A stretch of 64,000 nucleotides of DNA from the NCBI GenBank assembly GCA_038733315.1, contig JAVYPJ010000001.1, positions 107,469 through 171,468 on the forward strand, given 5' to 3'. The DNA is from Candidatus Aenigmatarchaeota archaeon. Its GTDB lineage: Archaea > Aenigmatarchaeota > Aenigmatarchaeia > CG10238-14 > SpSt-28. The position numbers and the translations under genes were made by a program. Positions 19,651-29,485 of the stretch are shown here, one piece after another. The notes below the pieces were generated by a model. The model did no database searches and was not told the origin of the DNA. It saw only the letters and a program-made list of their open reading frames with translations. Numbering within the stretch: the first letter of the stretch is position 1; every line of letters starts with the position of its first letter.

Positions 19651-20357
19651 TCCTTTTTATATTTTGGAATGTTTCTTAATGCATCAAACATTGCCTGAAT
19701 TAAGTTCATGTGTTGTTTTGTTCTTCCGAATGTTTTGCTCCAAACATCTTTAATTCCAGCTAATCTTAATAGTTTTTTGCTTTCATCATCTACAACTAAT
19801 CCAGTTCCCCTAGGCGCTGGCATAAGTATAACTTTAACACTTCCGCTTTTCCCATAACTTTTCCATGGAATTGAATGTGGCTGCTTACAATCGCATTCCC
19901 AACTACCGCAGCCCATATAAACCTTTATTATGTTTAATTTTGCGTTTCTTATAGCTTTTAAATATGCACTTCTGCCATCTTTTGCCTTTCCTCTACCTAT
20001 TCCTACATGTCCATTCTCATCGCCAACAATTACCATTACAGAATATTTTATTCTCCTTCCGCTAGCAGTAACTTTTTGGCTTCTCTTTACTGGAATTCTC
20101 TTACCTCCTCCACCCTTAGTTCCACCCTTTCCTATTAATACTGGCTCTATTTTTAAATTCGGTAATAAAATGTCTACTATTTCTGCCTCTAATATTTTTA
20201 AACCATTTTCTAATATTTCATCTATACTTTTTATTTTTCCCTCTAAAACTAATTTACCTAATTTTGTTTTTGGAGTCCAATTAGAGAGTGAATCGGGTAA
20301 AGGGAGTTTTATATCTTCTGCCTTTTCCTCTTCTTGCCTTTCTTCTACCTCAACCAT
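19647..20357 (-). CDS. rps5: Ribosomal protein S5.
   Basis: It contains the conserved GRR.KFSVMVIVGD region and an S5 C-terminal domain. Confidence 0.85.
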   Translation of the reverse strand: MVEVEERQEEEKAEDIKLPLPDSLSNWTPKTKLGKLVLEGKIKSIDEILENGLKILEAEIVDILLPNLKIEPVLIGKGGTKGGGGKRIPVKRSQKVTASGRRIKYSVMVIVGDENGHVGIGRGKAKDGRSAYLKAIRNAKLNIIKVYMGCGSWECDCKQPHSIPWKSYGKSGSVKVILMPAPRGTGLVVDDESKKLLRLAGIKDVWSKTFGRTKQHMNLIQAMFDALRNIPKYKKD

Positions 20358-20877
20358 AATCTTTTAAAATCTTTTCTTTAACTTTATAAAAATCTTGTGT
20401 TATATTTTTAAACTTTTCAATATAACTTGCAATATGTTTCCCTTCAATTCTATCTTCTGTTGGAAAAATTTCATCACTATGAGGAATTTTTAATCCAGCA
20501 TCAATCGCACCTTTCAAAACTGCAAATATTCTATTTCCCTTTGTACTTCTATTTATTCCTATATCCAATATAGCCTCTTGAATTCCGTTTTTTAAAGCTA
20601 ATTTACCTATTATTATTCCAGTAAGATAAGCTGCTGGTAAATTTTTACAAGAATACTTCCAATCGTATTTATCCTTTAATATTTTAGAGGTTATGCCTAA
20701 GATTGTGTAATCTTGAGCTATTTTAGATTTTACTAGTTGTGCAATGATATATTTATTTGTCTTTCTTACGACTAATCTAATCTTTCCACTTTTTAATAAA
20801 CCTATTCTTTGTCTATAATCTGTTTTATATTTTCTTCTCCTTTTATATGGCATTATATATGTTGTTTTATGAACCAT
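20350..20877 (-). CDS. rpl18: Ribosomal protein L18.
   Basis: It begins RRRKYKTDYRQR and is in the L19e-L18-S5 order. Confidence 0.8.
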   Translation of the reverse strand: MVHKTTYIMPYKRRRKYKTDYRQRIGLLKSGKIRLVVRKTNKYIIAQLVKSKIAQDYTILGITSKILKDKYDWKYSCKNLPAAYLTGIIIGKLALKNGIQEAILDIGINRSTKGNRIFAVLKGAIDAGLKIPHSDEIFPTEDRIEGKHIASYIEKFKNITQDFYKVKEKILKDYG

Positions 20878-21295
20878 TTTTTTCCTCTTTAATTAACTTA
20901 TGCGTTTGTATATATAACTTTAAGTGTGTAGTGCTTCTAAAGAATCCGCCCTTTGCTAAATCTCTTAACTTTCTATATGTTCTATTATCAATTTTTCCCT
21001 CTTTTTTTAGAGCTTTTAAATATCTCCTTATTGGTCTAATTCTATTTATCCAATGTCTTTTTCTTGGTATTATAGAATATTTTCCACCTTTCCTTACATG
21101 TTTTTTTTCTTTTTTATCTTTTTTTGGCAAAAAGTCTTTTTTAGATTTTATTATTCCTCTAAAAATTAATTTTTTTACATCAGCTGTGGTAATTGCTTTT
21201 TCTGCCTCCTTAATTTTAGATGGGTCTATCCAAACCTTGCTTTTTCCTACCTTTAATATCTTCGAGGCTAATCTTTTTACAGTCTGAATAGCCAT
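20867..21295 (-). CDS. rpl19e: Ribosomal protein L19e.
   Basis: It starts MAIQTVKRLASKILKVGKSKVWIDP and is basic. Confidence 0.8.
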   Translation of the reverse strand: MAIQTVKRLASKILKVGKSKVWIDPSKIKEAEKAITTADVKKLIFRGIIKSKKDFLPKKDKKEKKHVRKGGKYSIIPRKRHWINRIRPIRRYLKALKKEGKIDNRTYRKLRDLAKGGFFRSTTHLKLYIQTHKLIKEEKNGS

Positions 21296-21328
21296 TAATA
21301 TATTATTTTAAAAATAAATTATAATTTA

Positions 21329-22270
21329 ATGAAAGTTTTAATAACTGGGATTGCTGGATTTATTGGATCTAATTTAGCAGAAGAATTAGTAAAAAAAGGC
21401 TATAAAGTTTATGGAATTGATAATTTACATACTGGTAATATAGAAAATATTAAAAATATAATAGAAGATATAGTATTCTTAGAAGGAAGATCGAAAACAA
21501 TTATAAATCTTAATGAAAAATTTGATGTTATATTTCATCTTGGAACTTATTCTTCTAGCCCTATGTATAAACAAAATCCGTTTTTAGTAAATGAAGTTGT
21601 AGAAGATATGATGGCGATTTTAGAATATGCAAAAAAGAACAATTCAAAAATTATTTTCTCTTCAAGTTCTAGCTTATATAATTGGAATCCTATACCATGG
21701 AATGAAAATATGGAAATAAAAGTTACCGATTATTATACAGAAGCAAAATACCTATGCGAAAGATTATGTGAACTTTATGCAAAATTGTTTAAGATTAAAT
21801 GCATATCTCTAAGATATTTTAGTGTTTTTGGAGAAAATGAAGAATATAAAGGAAAGTATGCTAACGTTATTACCCAAATGGTATGGCATGCATTAAATCA
21901 AAAAGAATTTGAGATTTTTGGTGATGGTTCACAAAGCAGAGATTTAATATATGTTAAAGATGTTGTTGAAGCAAATTTAAAGGCAATGGAATTTGAAGAT
22001 TTTAATAAAATTCCTTTTGAAATATTTAATGTTGGCTCTGGAAAAAACTATTCGTTTAATGATATGGCAAATATTGTTAAAAAATTCTTAGATTTAAGAG
22101 TAAAATACGTAAATAATCCTATAAATAACTATGTTCATCATACATTAGCCGATACTACAAAAGCTAGGGAAATCTTAAAGTTTAAAACTAAATTCGAAGT
22201 TGAAAAAATTTTGCCGAAAATTATAGAATATTATAGTAAAAAAATTCAAAAAATAAAAATAAAAATATAA
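21329..22270 (+). CDS. NAD-dependent epimerase/dehydratase (UDP-sugar epimerase-like).
   Basis: The Rossmann motif GIAGFIGSNL is present. Confidence 0.7.
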   Translation: MKVLITGIAGFIGSNLAEELVKKGYKVYGIDNLHTGNIENIKNIIEDIVFLEGRSKTIINLNEKFDVIFHLGTYSSSPMYKQNPFLVNEVVEDMMAILEYAKKNNSKIIFSSSSSLYNWNPIPWNENMEIKVTDYYTEAKYLCERLCELYAKLFKIKCISLRYFSVFGENEEYKGKYANVITQMVWHALNQKEFEIFGDGSQSRDLIYVKDVVEANLKAMEFEDFNKIPFEIFNVGSGKNYSFNDMANIVKKFLDLRVKYVNNPINNYVHHTLADTTKAREILKFKTKFEVEKILPKIIEYYSKKIQKIKIKI

Positions 22271-22274
22271 TTTT

Positions 22275-23402
22275 ATGCTTTGGATTTTTAAATATAAGCC
22301 AAAAAGTTTAAATGAGTTTGTAAACCAAAAAGAGGCTATACAAAAATTTTTACAATGGTATAAAAATTGGAAAAATATTAAAAAAGCTGCTTTATTGTTT
22401 GGCCCGCCTGGAACTGGAAAAAGTTGTTTTGTAGAAGCTTTTGCTAGAGATAATAACTTAGAATTAATACAATTAAATGCCAGTGATAAAAGAGATTATA
22501 ACTCTATTAGAAATATTATTGGAAATGCAGCAAAAAGTTTAAGCATTTTTAAAAAAGGAAAAATATTTTTTATAGATGAAGTTGATGGGATTTCTGCTAG
22601 AGAAGATGTTGGCGCAGTAAAAGAAATTGTTAGAATTATTCAAGAATCGAAATTTCCAATAGTTTTGGCAGCTAACGATCCTTTTGATGCAAAGTTAAAA
22701 GAATTAAGAGAAAATTGCGAATTAATAGAATTTAAAAGATTAAGTGTTTTTGATATAGAAAAAAAACTTATTGAAATATTAGAAAAAGAGGGGATAAAGT
22801 ATGATAAAAATGTTGTAAGAGAAATTTCTAGTAGAAATAATGGAGATTTAAGAGGAGCTATAAATGATTTAGAAATTGTTGCTAGAAATAAAAAGGAAAT
22901 AAAAAAAGAGGATTTAGAAATTTTAGGGTTTAGAGATAGAGAGCAGCAAATATTTGAAGCATTAAAAATTCTTTTTAAAACCAAAAGTGCTATGGCTGCG
23001 AAAATGAGTATTATTAATTTAGATATGGAGCCAGAAGAAATTTTTTATTGGATTGAAGAAAATATAGCGAACGAATATGAAAAAATAGAAGAAATTGCAA
23101 GTGCTTATGATCGCTTAAGTAAAGCTGATTTATTTAGAAAAAGAATATTGTCTAGACAAAATTGGAGGTATTTGGTCTATATGAATGATTTAATGACAAT
23201 CGGAGTTGCACTATCTAAAAAGGAAATGTATAGAAAATTTACAAGATATAAGCCGCCAAGCATTTTGAAACTATTAGCACAAACTAAACAAATAAGAGAG
23301 CAAGAAAAAATAAAATTGAAGGAATTTGCTGAAAAGCTACATTGCTCAACAAAAAAGATTAAAACAGAATTTATGCCATATTTATCAAAATTTTTAAAAT
23401 AA
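22275..23402 (+). CDS. rfcL: Replication factor C large subunit-like AAA+ ATPase.
   Basis: It has W.YKP.SL.EFV, Walker A GPPGTGKS, and IQLNASDKRD. Confidence 0.6.
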   Translation: MLWIFKYKPKSLNEFVNQKEAIQKFLQWYKNWKNIKKAALLFGPPGTGKSCFVEAFARDNNLELIQLNASDKRDYNSIRNIIGNAAKSLSIFKKGKIFFIDEVDGISAREDVGAVKEIVRIIQESKFPIVLAANDPFDAKLKELRENCELIEFKRLSVFDIEKKLIEILEKEGIKYDKNVVREISSRNNGDLRGAINDLEIVARNKKEIKKEDLEILGFRDREQQIFEALKILFKTKSAMAAKMSIINLDMEPEEIFYWIEENIANEYEKIEEIASAYDRLSKADLFRKRILSRQNWRYLVYMNDLMTIGVALSKKEMYRKFTRYKPPSILKLLAQTKQIREQEKIKLKEFAEKLHCSTKKIKTEFMPYLSKFLK

Positions 23403-23415
23403 AGAATAATTTATT

Positions 23416-26400
23416 ATGAAAAAAGAAAAAATTTTTTTGATTTTTCTTTTTTTTACAATTTTTATATTTAACTTTTCTCTATCTTTTTCTCAAACCTGGC
23501 TTTCTGGTTGGCAATATAGAATTCCAATAACAATTAGAGAAAATTCTGGGAATACTTTAACAGATTACCAAATTTTAGTAACAATAAATACTCAGAACTT
23601 AATTTCTCAAGGAAAAATGAGAAGTGATTGCGGAGATATAAGATTTACTGATAGTGATGGAAGAACTTTATTGAATTATTGGATTGAAGATGGATGTAAT
23701 TCTACTAATACAAAAATTTGGGTAAAAGTACCAAATATTCCTGCTAATTCAAATAAAATAATTTATTTGTATTATGGAAATCCAAATGCTAATTCGATGA
23801 GTAATGGAGATTTGGTTTTTGAATTTTTTGATGATTTTAGAACAAATCCCAATACAAATGGTAAATGGAGAATTTTTAGATACTCAAATGACGTTAATAA
23901 CGAGTTCGTATGGGACAACACAAATAATCAAGTGTATCTGACAAGAAATTTAAATGGTAAAGGTGTTATGGCGTTTTTTAATAAATCTTTTTCACCATAT
24001 AATACCATTACAGAATTTGAAATTTATATTGGCGGCGGTAATGGTGCTGACGGATTGTCGTTTTATTTCGATAAAAACATAAATCCATATATAACCTATG
24101 GAAGAGCACTTGCTGGAGGCAGTATGGCAAGTATGGCCTTCGATGGTTCTAATTCCTATCTTTCTGAAGGATATAGCATAGGATTCGATACTCGGCGAAA
24201 CACCGAAAATGGATATGAACAATCTACGCCACATATAGAAGTTGCAAGGACTAGCGCAACAAACCCTAGTGTACATTATTCGGGAGCTCATCTAACTTCC
24301 GTCTCTTATTCAAACTTAAGAGGAAATTGGTTGAAGGTAGTAGTAATAATAAAATCTAATGCTGTTGAAGTTTATATAAACAACGTTCTACAACTCAGTT
24401 ATACTGGTTTAACATCTCTAAATTATAACTGGCAGGGGATTGGTGCGTCGACTGGCGGGTATAATGACAATCATGCGATAAAAAACTTAAGAGTTAGAAA
24501 ATTCGCACCACAAGAGCCAACATATACATTAGGTAGGGAAGAGTCCATCACTTTAGTTCCCGTATGGCTAAGTTATTTTTCTAACGTTTCTCAAGCTATA
24601 ATTAATCAGCCGATAAAATTTTCGAGCTTATGGAATGCTTCCCAAATTCCATATTTAACCCAACCTTCTCAAACCTGGCTTTCTGGTTGGCAATATAGAA
24701 TTCCAATAACAATTAGAGAAAATTCTGGGAATACTTTAACAGATTACCAAATTTTAGTAACAATAAATACTCAGAACTTAATTTCTCAAGGAAAAATGAG
24801 AAGTGATTGCGGAGATATAAGATTTACTGATAGTGATGGAAGAACTTTATTGAATTATTGGATTGAAGATGGATGTAATTCTACTAATACAAAAATTTGG
24901 GTAAAAGTACCAAATATTCCTGCTAATTCAAATAAAATAATTTATTTGTATTATGGAAATCCAAGTGCTACTTCTATGAGTAATGGAGATAATACTTTTA
25001 TATTTTTTGATGATTTCTCCTTTAGAAACATTTCCAAATGGAATTGGCCTGACAACTGGATTATAGAAAATAACACAGCAAAACAAACAGTAGCGAATTG
25101 GTGGAGTTCCGAGTTGATCTCTCAAAAACTGAATATTGGAATCAGCAATTATGTTGGTATTTGTATAAAAACGTTGGCCATAAACGACGGCACCGTTCGG
25201 GCGTACGATGTTGTAGTCTCAGTTAATATTAGTAATTCGTGGTATAATTCACCGTTCTTTACAACGTCCTATGCATGGTACGGTTTTTTCGATAGAATAT
25301 GTTCTGGAAGTGGAAGTTGCCCGTATGGAGAGACTAGGCAATGGAGAGTCTATGATATTATAATATTTACTAATAATCAAACGTGGTATTTGGACGGATC
25401 TGTTATAGATTCTAGAAATTCAGCCGTAGGTAATATTATTTATAATTTTGCCATAAATTCAAAAGGTGTTAGTAGATTCGATTATTTTATAGTTAGAAAA
25501 TGTAGTAGAATAAATCCAATTGTTTCTCTTGGAAGTGAAGAGATACTTTCCTCATCTTCAAGCGTCTTTCTCTCAAACTACATTTTCTCATATAAATTAG
25601 GAAATTCTCAATGGATTAATGAAACCTATAGATTTGGTCCCGTATATCAAACCTGGCTTTCTGGTTGGCAATATAGAATTCCTATAACAATTAGAGAAAA
25701 TTCTGGAAATACTTTAACAGATTATCAAATTTTAGTAACGATAAACACTCAGAACTTAATTTCTCAAGGAAAAATGAGAAATGATTGTGGAGATATAAGA
25801 TTTATAGATAGTGATGGAAGTATTTTATTAAATTATTGGATTGAAAGTGGTTGCAATACAACTAATACAAGAATTTGGGTAAAAGTACCAAATATTCCGG
25901 CTAATTCTCAAAAAACAATTTATTTGTATTATGGAAATCCAAGTGCTACTTCTATGAGTAATGGAACTAGCACTTTTATATTTTTTGATGATTTTGAAGA
26001 TGGTGATTACACTAATAATCCTGTATGGAATATAGATACCGGTCAAAAAATATGTACAAGCTACTGTTGTGGAAGTTATAGTGCTTCTAACAGATATTTA
26101 GAATTAACATCAGGTTTTTGCTCTTTAAATCTTTATTCAGATTTACCTCAACCGATATCACCACAAAAAATAGCAATAGATTTTAACTCTTGGTGGACAG
26201 GAACACATTGTTATAATAATGAAGTTCTCTTACTAAACTCATCAAACGCTATAATGATTGGTGGTGGCGGTGTTTTATGTGATTATCATTCTATAAGAGC
26301 CCTAGAGCTTAGAGTAAATAATAATTTTTATTCTAGCAGCTTGGATTTCCCATATGGCACTTGGCATCGTATAACTATTATATTTAATGGAACTCATTAT

Positions 26401-27543
26401 ACTGTTAGAATGAACGATGTAAATACTTATTCTATTTCTGAAGCAATCTATCCATATCCTATAACGACAATATACATAGGAGGTTGGCAACATTCTATGG
26501 GCGCTAAATTTGATAATATTAGAATTCGCAAATACACTTCACCAGAACCAACAGTTTCCATAGGAAATGAAGAAACTATGCTACCTTTCACAGCCTGGGC
26601 AAATGTTACAAAAAGTTTCTCTCAGCCAGGAACATTGTGTTGGAAATTTTATGCAAACAATACTCTAAATCTATGGAATGTTACGCCAGAAAGTTGCTTA
26701 AATATAATTTCGCCAGATTTTTGGCTAGAAGCTAAACTATTAGATCCTAGAGAAAATAGTATAATAAACCTAATTCCTGGAGAAGGAATTCAAGTAAAAG
26801 CAAATGTAACATTAAGGTCTAACTATTTCTTTTGTACGAATGGAAACGCAACTCTAAGATATAATACTTCGACTTCAATGCTACCAAATACTGCAATACC
26901 AACGTCTTCCGCACCTATAACAACAGATACAAATCCAATATACGTTGGAAATCTATGTGTAAATAATTCTACTCAAGTTGTTTTTAATTTAATAGCTAAC
27001 AGTCAAACTTATAAGATAGTAGATGTAAATTTCTGCTTTGAGCAAATATGTAATAATACATTGCGTTTTTTTGTTAACGTTTCTATAACAACACCAAGAA
27101 ACCTAACATTAAAAAAAGGATGGAACTTAATTTCTATACCCTATAAAACTATAAATCTTGATTTGAACAGAGATGGATGTAATTTAAGAGAAAGGGTATT
27201 TCACTATTTTAATGCTTCGTCGAACTCTTGGGAATATCATACCTATAAAAATTTAAGAGGTGGAATAGCATATTGGATTTATAGCGAAAAAAATTGTGAA
27301 TCGGTTTTATATGTTAGTGACGCAGTTACTCCAAACGACATGCCAGGAATAATACGAGGAAAAAAGAATTATATAGGTAGTTTAAGCTCTTCAAGAAGTC
27401 TTCAAGAAATATATACCAACATACGACAACTATGTAATTCTGTCAGTATAGCACGCTGGGATTCCGAAAGAAACGCATTCTTAAATATAGATATATCAAG
27501 CAATTTAACTCCTTGGTACGGTTATATCTTAGAATGTTCTTAA
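23416..27543 (+). CDS. Large secreted surface protein with three DUF2341-like repeats plus lectin/LamG-like regions.
   Basis: There is an N-terminal signal peptide. A roughly 100-aa repeat (QTWLSGWQYRIPITIRENSGNTLTDYQILV...DIRFTDSDG...YWIE...IWVKVPNIPANS...YLYYGNP) occurs three times. There are many N-x-S/T sites. Confidence 0.6.
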   Translation: MKKEKIFLIFLFFTIFIFNFSLSFSQTWLSGWQYRIPITIRENSGNTLTDYQILVTINTQNLISQGKMRSDCGDIRFTDSDGRTLLNYWIEDGCNSTNTKIWVKVPNIPANSNKIIYLYYGNPNANSMSNGDLVFEFFDDFRTNPNTNGKWRIFRYSNDVNNEFVWDNTNNQVYLTRNLNGKGVMAFFNKSFSPYNTITEFEIYIGGGNGADGLSFYFDKNINPYITYGRALAGGSMASMAFDGSNSYLSEGYSIGFDTRRNTENGYEQSTPHIEVARTSATNPSVHYSGAHLTSVSYSNLRGNWLKVVVIIKSNAVEVYINNVLQLSYTGLTSLNYNWQGIGASTGGYNDNHAIKNLRVRKFAPQEPTYTLGREESITLVPVWLSYFSNVSQAIINQPIKFSSLWNASQIPYLTQPSQTWLSGWQYRIPITIRENSGNTLTDYQILVTINTQNLISQGKMRSDCGDIRFTDSDGRTLLNYWIEDGCNSTNTKIWVKVPNIPANSNKIIYLYYGNPSATSMSNGDNTFIFFDDFSFRNISKWNWPDNWIIENNTAKQTVANWWSSELISQKLNIGISNYVGICIKTLAINDGTVRAYDVVVSVNISNSWYNSPFFTTSYAWYGFFDRICSGSGSCPYGETRQWRVYDIIIFTNNQTWYLDGSVIDSRNSAVGNIIYNFAINSKGVSRFDYFIVRKCSRINPIVSLGSEEILSSSSSVFLSNYIFSYKLGNSQWINETYRFGPVYQTWLSGWQYRIPITIRENSGNTLTDYQILVTINTQNLISQGKMRNDCGDIRFIDSDGSILLNYWIESGCNTTNTRIWVKVPNIPANSQKTIYLYYGNPSATSMSNGTSTFIFFDDFEDGDYTNNPVWNIDTGQKICTSYCCGSYSASNRYLELTSGFCSLNLYSDLPQPISPQKIAIDFNSWWTGTHCYNNEVLLLNSSNAIMIGGGGVLCDYHSIRALELRVNNNFYSSSLDFPYGTWHRITIIFNGTHYTVRMNDVNTYSISEAIYPYPITTIYIGGWQHSMGAKFDNIRIRKYTSPEPTVSIGNEETMLPFTAWANVTKSFSQPGTLCWKFYANNTLNLWNVTPESCLNIISPDFWLEAKLLDPRENSIINLIPGEGIQVKANVTLRSNYFFCTNGNATLRYNTSTSMLPNTAIPTSSAPITTDTNPIYVGNLCVNNSTQVVFNLIANSQTYKIVDVNFCFEQICNNTLRFFVNVSITTPRNLTLKKGWNLISIPYKTINLDLNRDGCNLRERVFHYFNASSNSWEYHTYKNLRGGIAYWIYSEKNCESVLYVSDAVTPNDMPGIIRGKKNYIGSLSSSRSLQEIYTNIRQLCNSVSIARWDSERNAFLNIDISSNLTPWYGYILECS
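23488..23785. repeat. Intragenic direct repeat, copy 1. It is about 298 nt and identical to copy 2.
   Basis: Comparing the DNA directly, 23488..23785 equals 24667..24964 exactly. The offset is 1179 nt, which is in frame. Confidence 0.85.
24667..24964. repeat. Intragenic direct repeat, copy 2.
   Basis: It is identical to copy 1. Confidence 0.85.
25645..25945. repeat. Intragenic direct repeat, copy 3. It has diverged and shares roughly 90% identity.
   Basis: It encodes the same motif with scattered substitutions, for example R to N and TD to ID. Confidence 0.7.
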
Positions 27544-27962
27544 CTAGCTCTTGGCCTCCAACTAAAAACTATTAATTCTTTATAATATATTTTTCCATCA
27601 CTAAAAACTAATTCCGCTTCGCTTGTAGATGGAAATTGTTGAAATGGTTGATTGCATGGGGAAACTCTTATATCTATAGTTACAAAATATCCAAAATCCC
27701 TTAATTTTTCTAATGTCTTAGCAAACTCCTCTGTATTATATTTAAATTCTTCACAATCTTTTGACAAACTCGCTATTTCTAAGAACTTTTCCTTAATGTT
27801 TTTAACTAAAAGAGCGTATTCAGGTATGTATTGAGATGTATCTACATAAAACATTCCTGTAATAGTAAAGTATAGAGCTATTAAAGCGCCTACAATTAAA
27901 ACTGCTGTTAAAGTCATGAACTGTGCTTTATAATATTTGTAATATTGCATGTTTTTGCCCAT
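27540..27962 (-). CDS. Small protein with a putative class III (prepilin-like) signal peptide.
   Basis: The N-terminal ...KAQFMTLTAVLIVGALIALYF carries a K-A/Q motif followed by a hydrophobic helix. Confidence 0.35.
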   Translation of the reverse strand: MGKNMQYYKYYKAQFMTLTAVLIVGALIALYFTITGMFYVDTSQYIPEYALLVKNIKEKFLEIASLSKDCEEFKYNTEEFAKTLEKLRDFGYFVTIDIRVSPCNQPFQQFPSTSEAELVFSDGKIYYKELIVFSWRPRAS

Positions 27963-28227
27963 CTATAATTAAAATGTTCTTTTCACTAATTAAACCTTTT
28001 TCAATAAGTAAATTTACAACATTTTTTCCAAATGCATTTATAACGTTAAAACTTTCGTTACTTATAAGACTTAGAAGTTCGTTCTGATTAACAGTTCTTT
28101 CGAAATAAAAATCTTTGGAAACTTTTAATTTAACACCCCTATACTCGAATTCTTTATCTATAACATCTATATCGCAAATAGCTAATATTTTTACTCCGAA
28201 TTTTTCATGAATCTTTATACAAAACAT
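27928..28227 (-). CDS. Hypothetical protein.
   Basis: It is an ORF upstream of aIF2beta on the same strand. Confidence 0.25.
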   Translation of the reverse strand: MFCIKIHEKFGVKILAICDIDVIDKEFEYRGVKLKVSKDFYFERTVNQNELLSLISNESFNVINAFGKNVVNLLIEKGLISEKNILIIDGQKHAILQIL

Positions 28228-28632
28228 TTAATATCTCAATATTTTTTTATTTCCACAAGCTTCACACCTTAAATATCTTATATTATTTTCCTTGATTATA
28301 ACAGTTTCCGGTTTTTGGCATAAATCGCATAAAACAAAGTACTTAACGTATTCATCTAACTTTTTCCTTAGAATTTCTCTATTAATAATTCCGTTTAAAA
28401 CTAAAACATCTTTCTCAAACCTACCAGGAACTCCAACAATCCTTAAAAAATCTCCTCTAAAATCCTCTGCACTTCTCTTTAATTTATATAAAATTTCCTT
28501 AATATTAAGAATATAAGTTTTGTTTTTCTCATACTTTACCTCTATTTCAGGTAATGAATATCTATCAGAAGATATGCTAACATTAGGCAATTTTTTCAAT
28601 GCTTCATCTAACATTTCTTCATAGCTTTTCAT
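28228..28632 (-). CDS. eif2b: Translation initiation factor aIF-2 beta subunit.
   Basis: It has the C-terminal Zn-ribbon CDLC...CEACG and the length is typical. Confidence 0.8.
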   Translation of the reverse strand: MKSYEEMLDEALKKLPNVSISSDRYSLPEIEVKYEKNKTYILNIKEILYKLKRSAEDFRGDFLRIVGVPGRFEKDVLVLNGIINREILRKKLDEYVKYFVLCDLCQKPETVIIKENNIRYLRCEACGNKKILRY

Positions 28633-29360
28633 TCTATAATCCTATATTTTCCTGGAGCATATTCGTATATTTTTCCACTATTTAACAACTCCCTTATAAC
28701 TCTTTCAATCCTATCCTTTTCAATATTTAGAATAGATAATATTTCCGATTCCGAAACGCCATCTTCGGAAGAAAAACTTTTTATAATTTCTAGAATTTTA
28801 TCCTCAAGATTTTCTAAGGATTTTAATTTCAAAATTTCTTTTACTTGAATTTCTTCTAACTCAAACCTTTTTTTAGCTTCGATAAGTATTTCTTCGTAAT
28901 TTAAAATTTCTGAAAGTTTTAAAATCTCTTTTACTATATTAGAATTTCTTTTTATTCTATCTATTATTTTTAATTTAAAAAAACTCTCGAAAACAAAATC
29001 AACTTTTTTTATAAACTCTGCTCTAATATATCTATAGTTATATTCTCTTACCTTACCATAAGCAAAAACTATATTTCCCAAATCTATTTTAAGACTTTCA
29101 TTAACCAATTCTCCAAAACATTTTAAAATTATATCGCTTGTATCATCGCAAATAATTAATCTGGAATATGTCAAATCTTCGTTAACATATTTATCAACTA
29201 AGGTTCCAACAATTCCGCACCTAACAACCTTTTCTCCCATTTTTGTTACAATAAAAGATGGTAATTTATTCTCTACACTTCCTTCAAAATAGCTAGAATT
29301 TTTTATTTCCAAAATTCTTAAAGGAATTATTGGATACCTCATAAATTTGAAAGAAAACAA
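28629..29360 (-). CDS. OB-fold plus C-terminal winged-helix protein, RPA32/Stn1-like.
   Basis: VRCGIVGTLVDK...YSRLIICDDTSDII resembles the RPA32 OB-fold V.IVG.I....Y.IDD.T. The C-terminus is wH-like. Confidence 0.3.
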   Translation of the reverse strand: MFSFKFMRYPIIPLRILEIKNSSYFEGSVENKLPSFIVTKMGEKVVRCGIVGTLVDKYVNEDLTYSRLIICDDTSDIILKCFGELVNESLKIDLGNIVFAYGKVREYNYRYIRAEFIKKVDFVFESFFKLKIIDRIKRNSNIVKEILKLSEILNYEEILIEAKKRFELEEIQVKEILKLKSLENLEDKILEIIKSFSSEDGVSESEILSILNIEKDRIERVIRELLNSGKIYEYAPGKYRIIE

Positions 29361-29375
29361 AAAATAAATATGTAT

Positions 29376-29448
29376 GGGGAGGTAGTTTAGCCTGGAAGAA
29401 TGCGGGCCTTGGGAGTCCGTGACCCGGGTTCAAATCCCGGCCTCCCCA
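29376..29448 (+). tRNA. tRNA-Pro (anticodon UGG).
   Basis: The acceptor is GGGGAGG/CCTCCCC plus A. The anticodon stem is CGGGC/GTCCG with loop CTTGGGA. The T-arm is CCGGG-TTCAAAT-CCCGG. Confidence 0.85.
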
Positions 29449-29485
29449 GTTTTTAATAATTTAAATCGGTAAGTAAATATAGTTT

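Noticed and set aside
23992-26493. Minus-strand ORFs 23992..24291, 24928..25125, 25828..26046 and 26302..26493 inside the giant surface protein gene.
   Set aside because: They are antisense. Two of them share SITHRSSTWISIIQIN only because they lie across the intragenic DNA repeats.
27928-28227. Whether ORF 27928..28227 is an N-terminal extension of aIF2beta.
   Set aside because: It is a separate frame ending one nucleotide before the aIF2beta start. It has no eIF2beta-like sequence and is kept as a separate hypothetical ORF.
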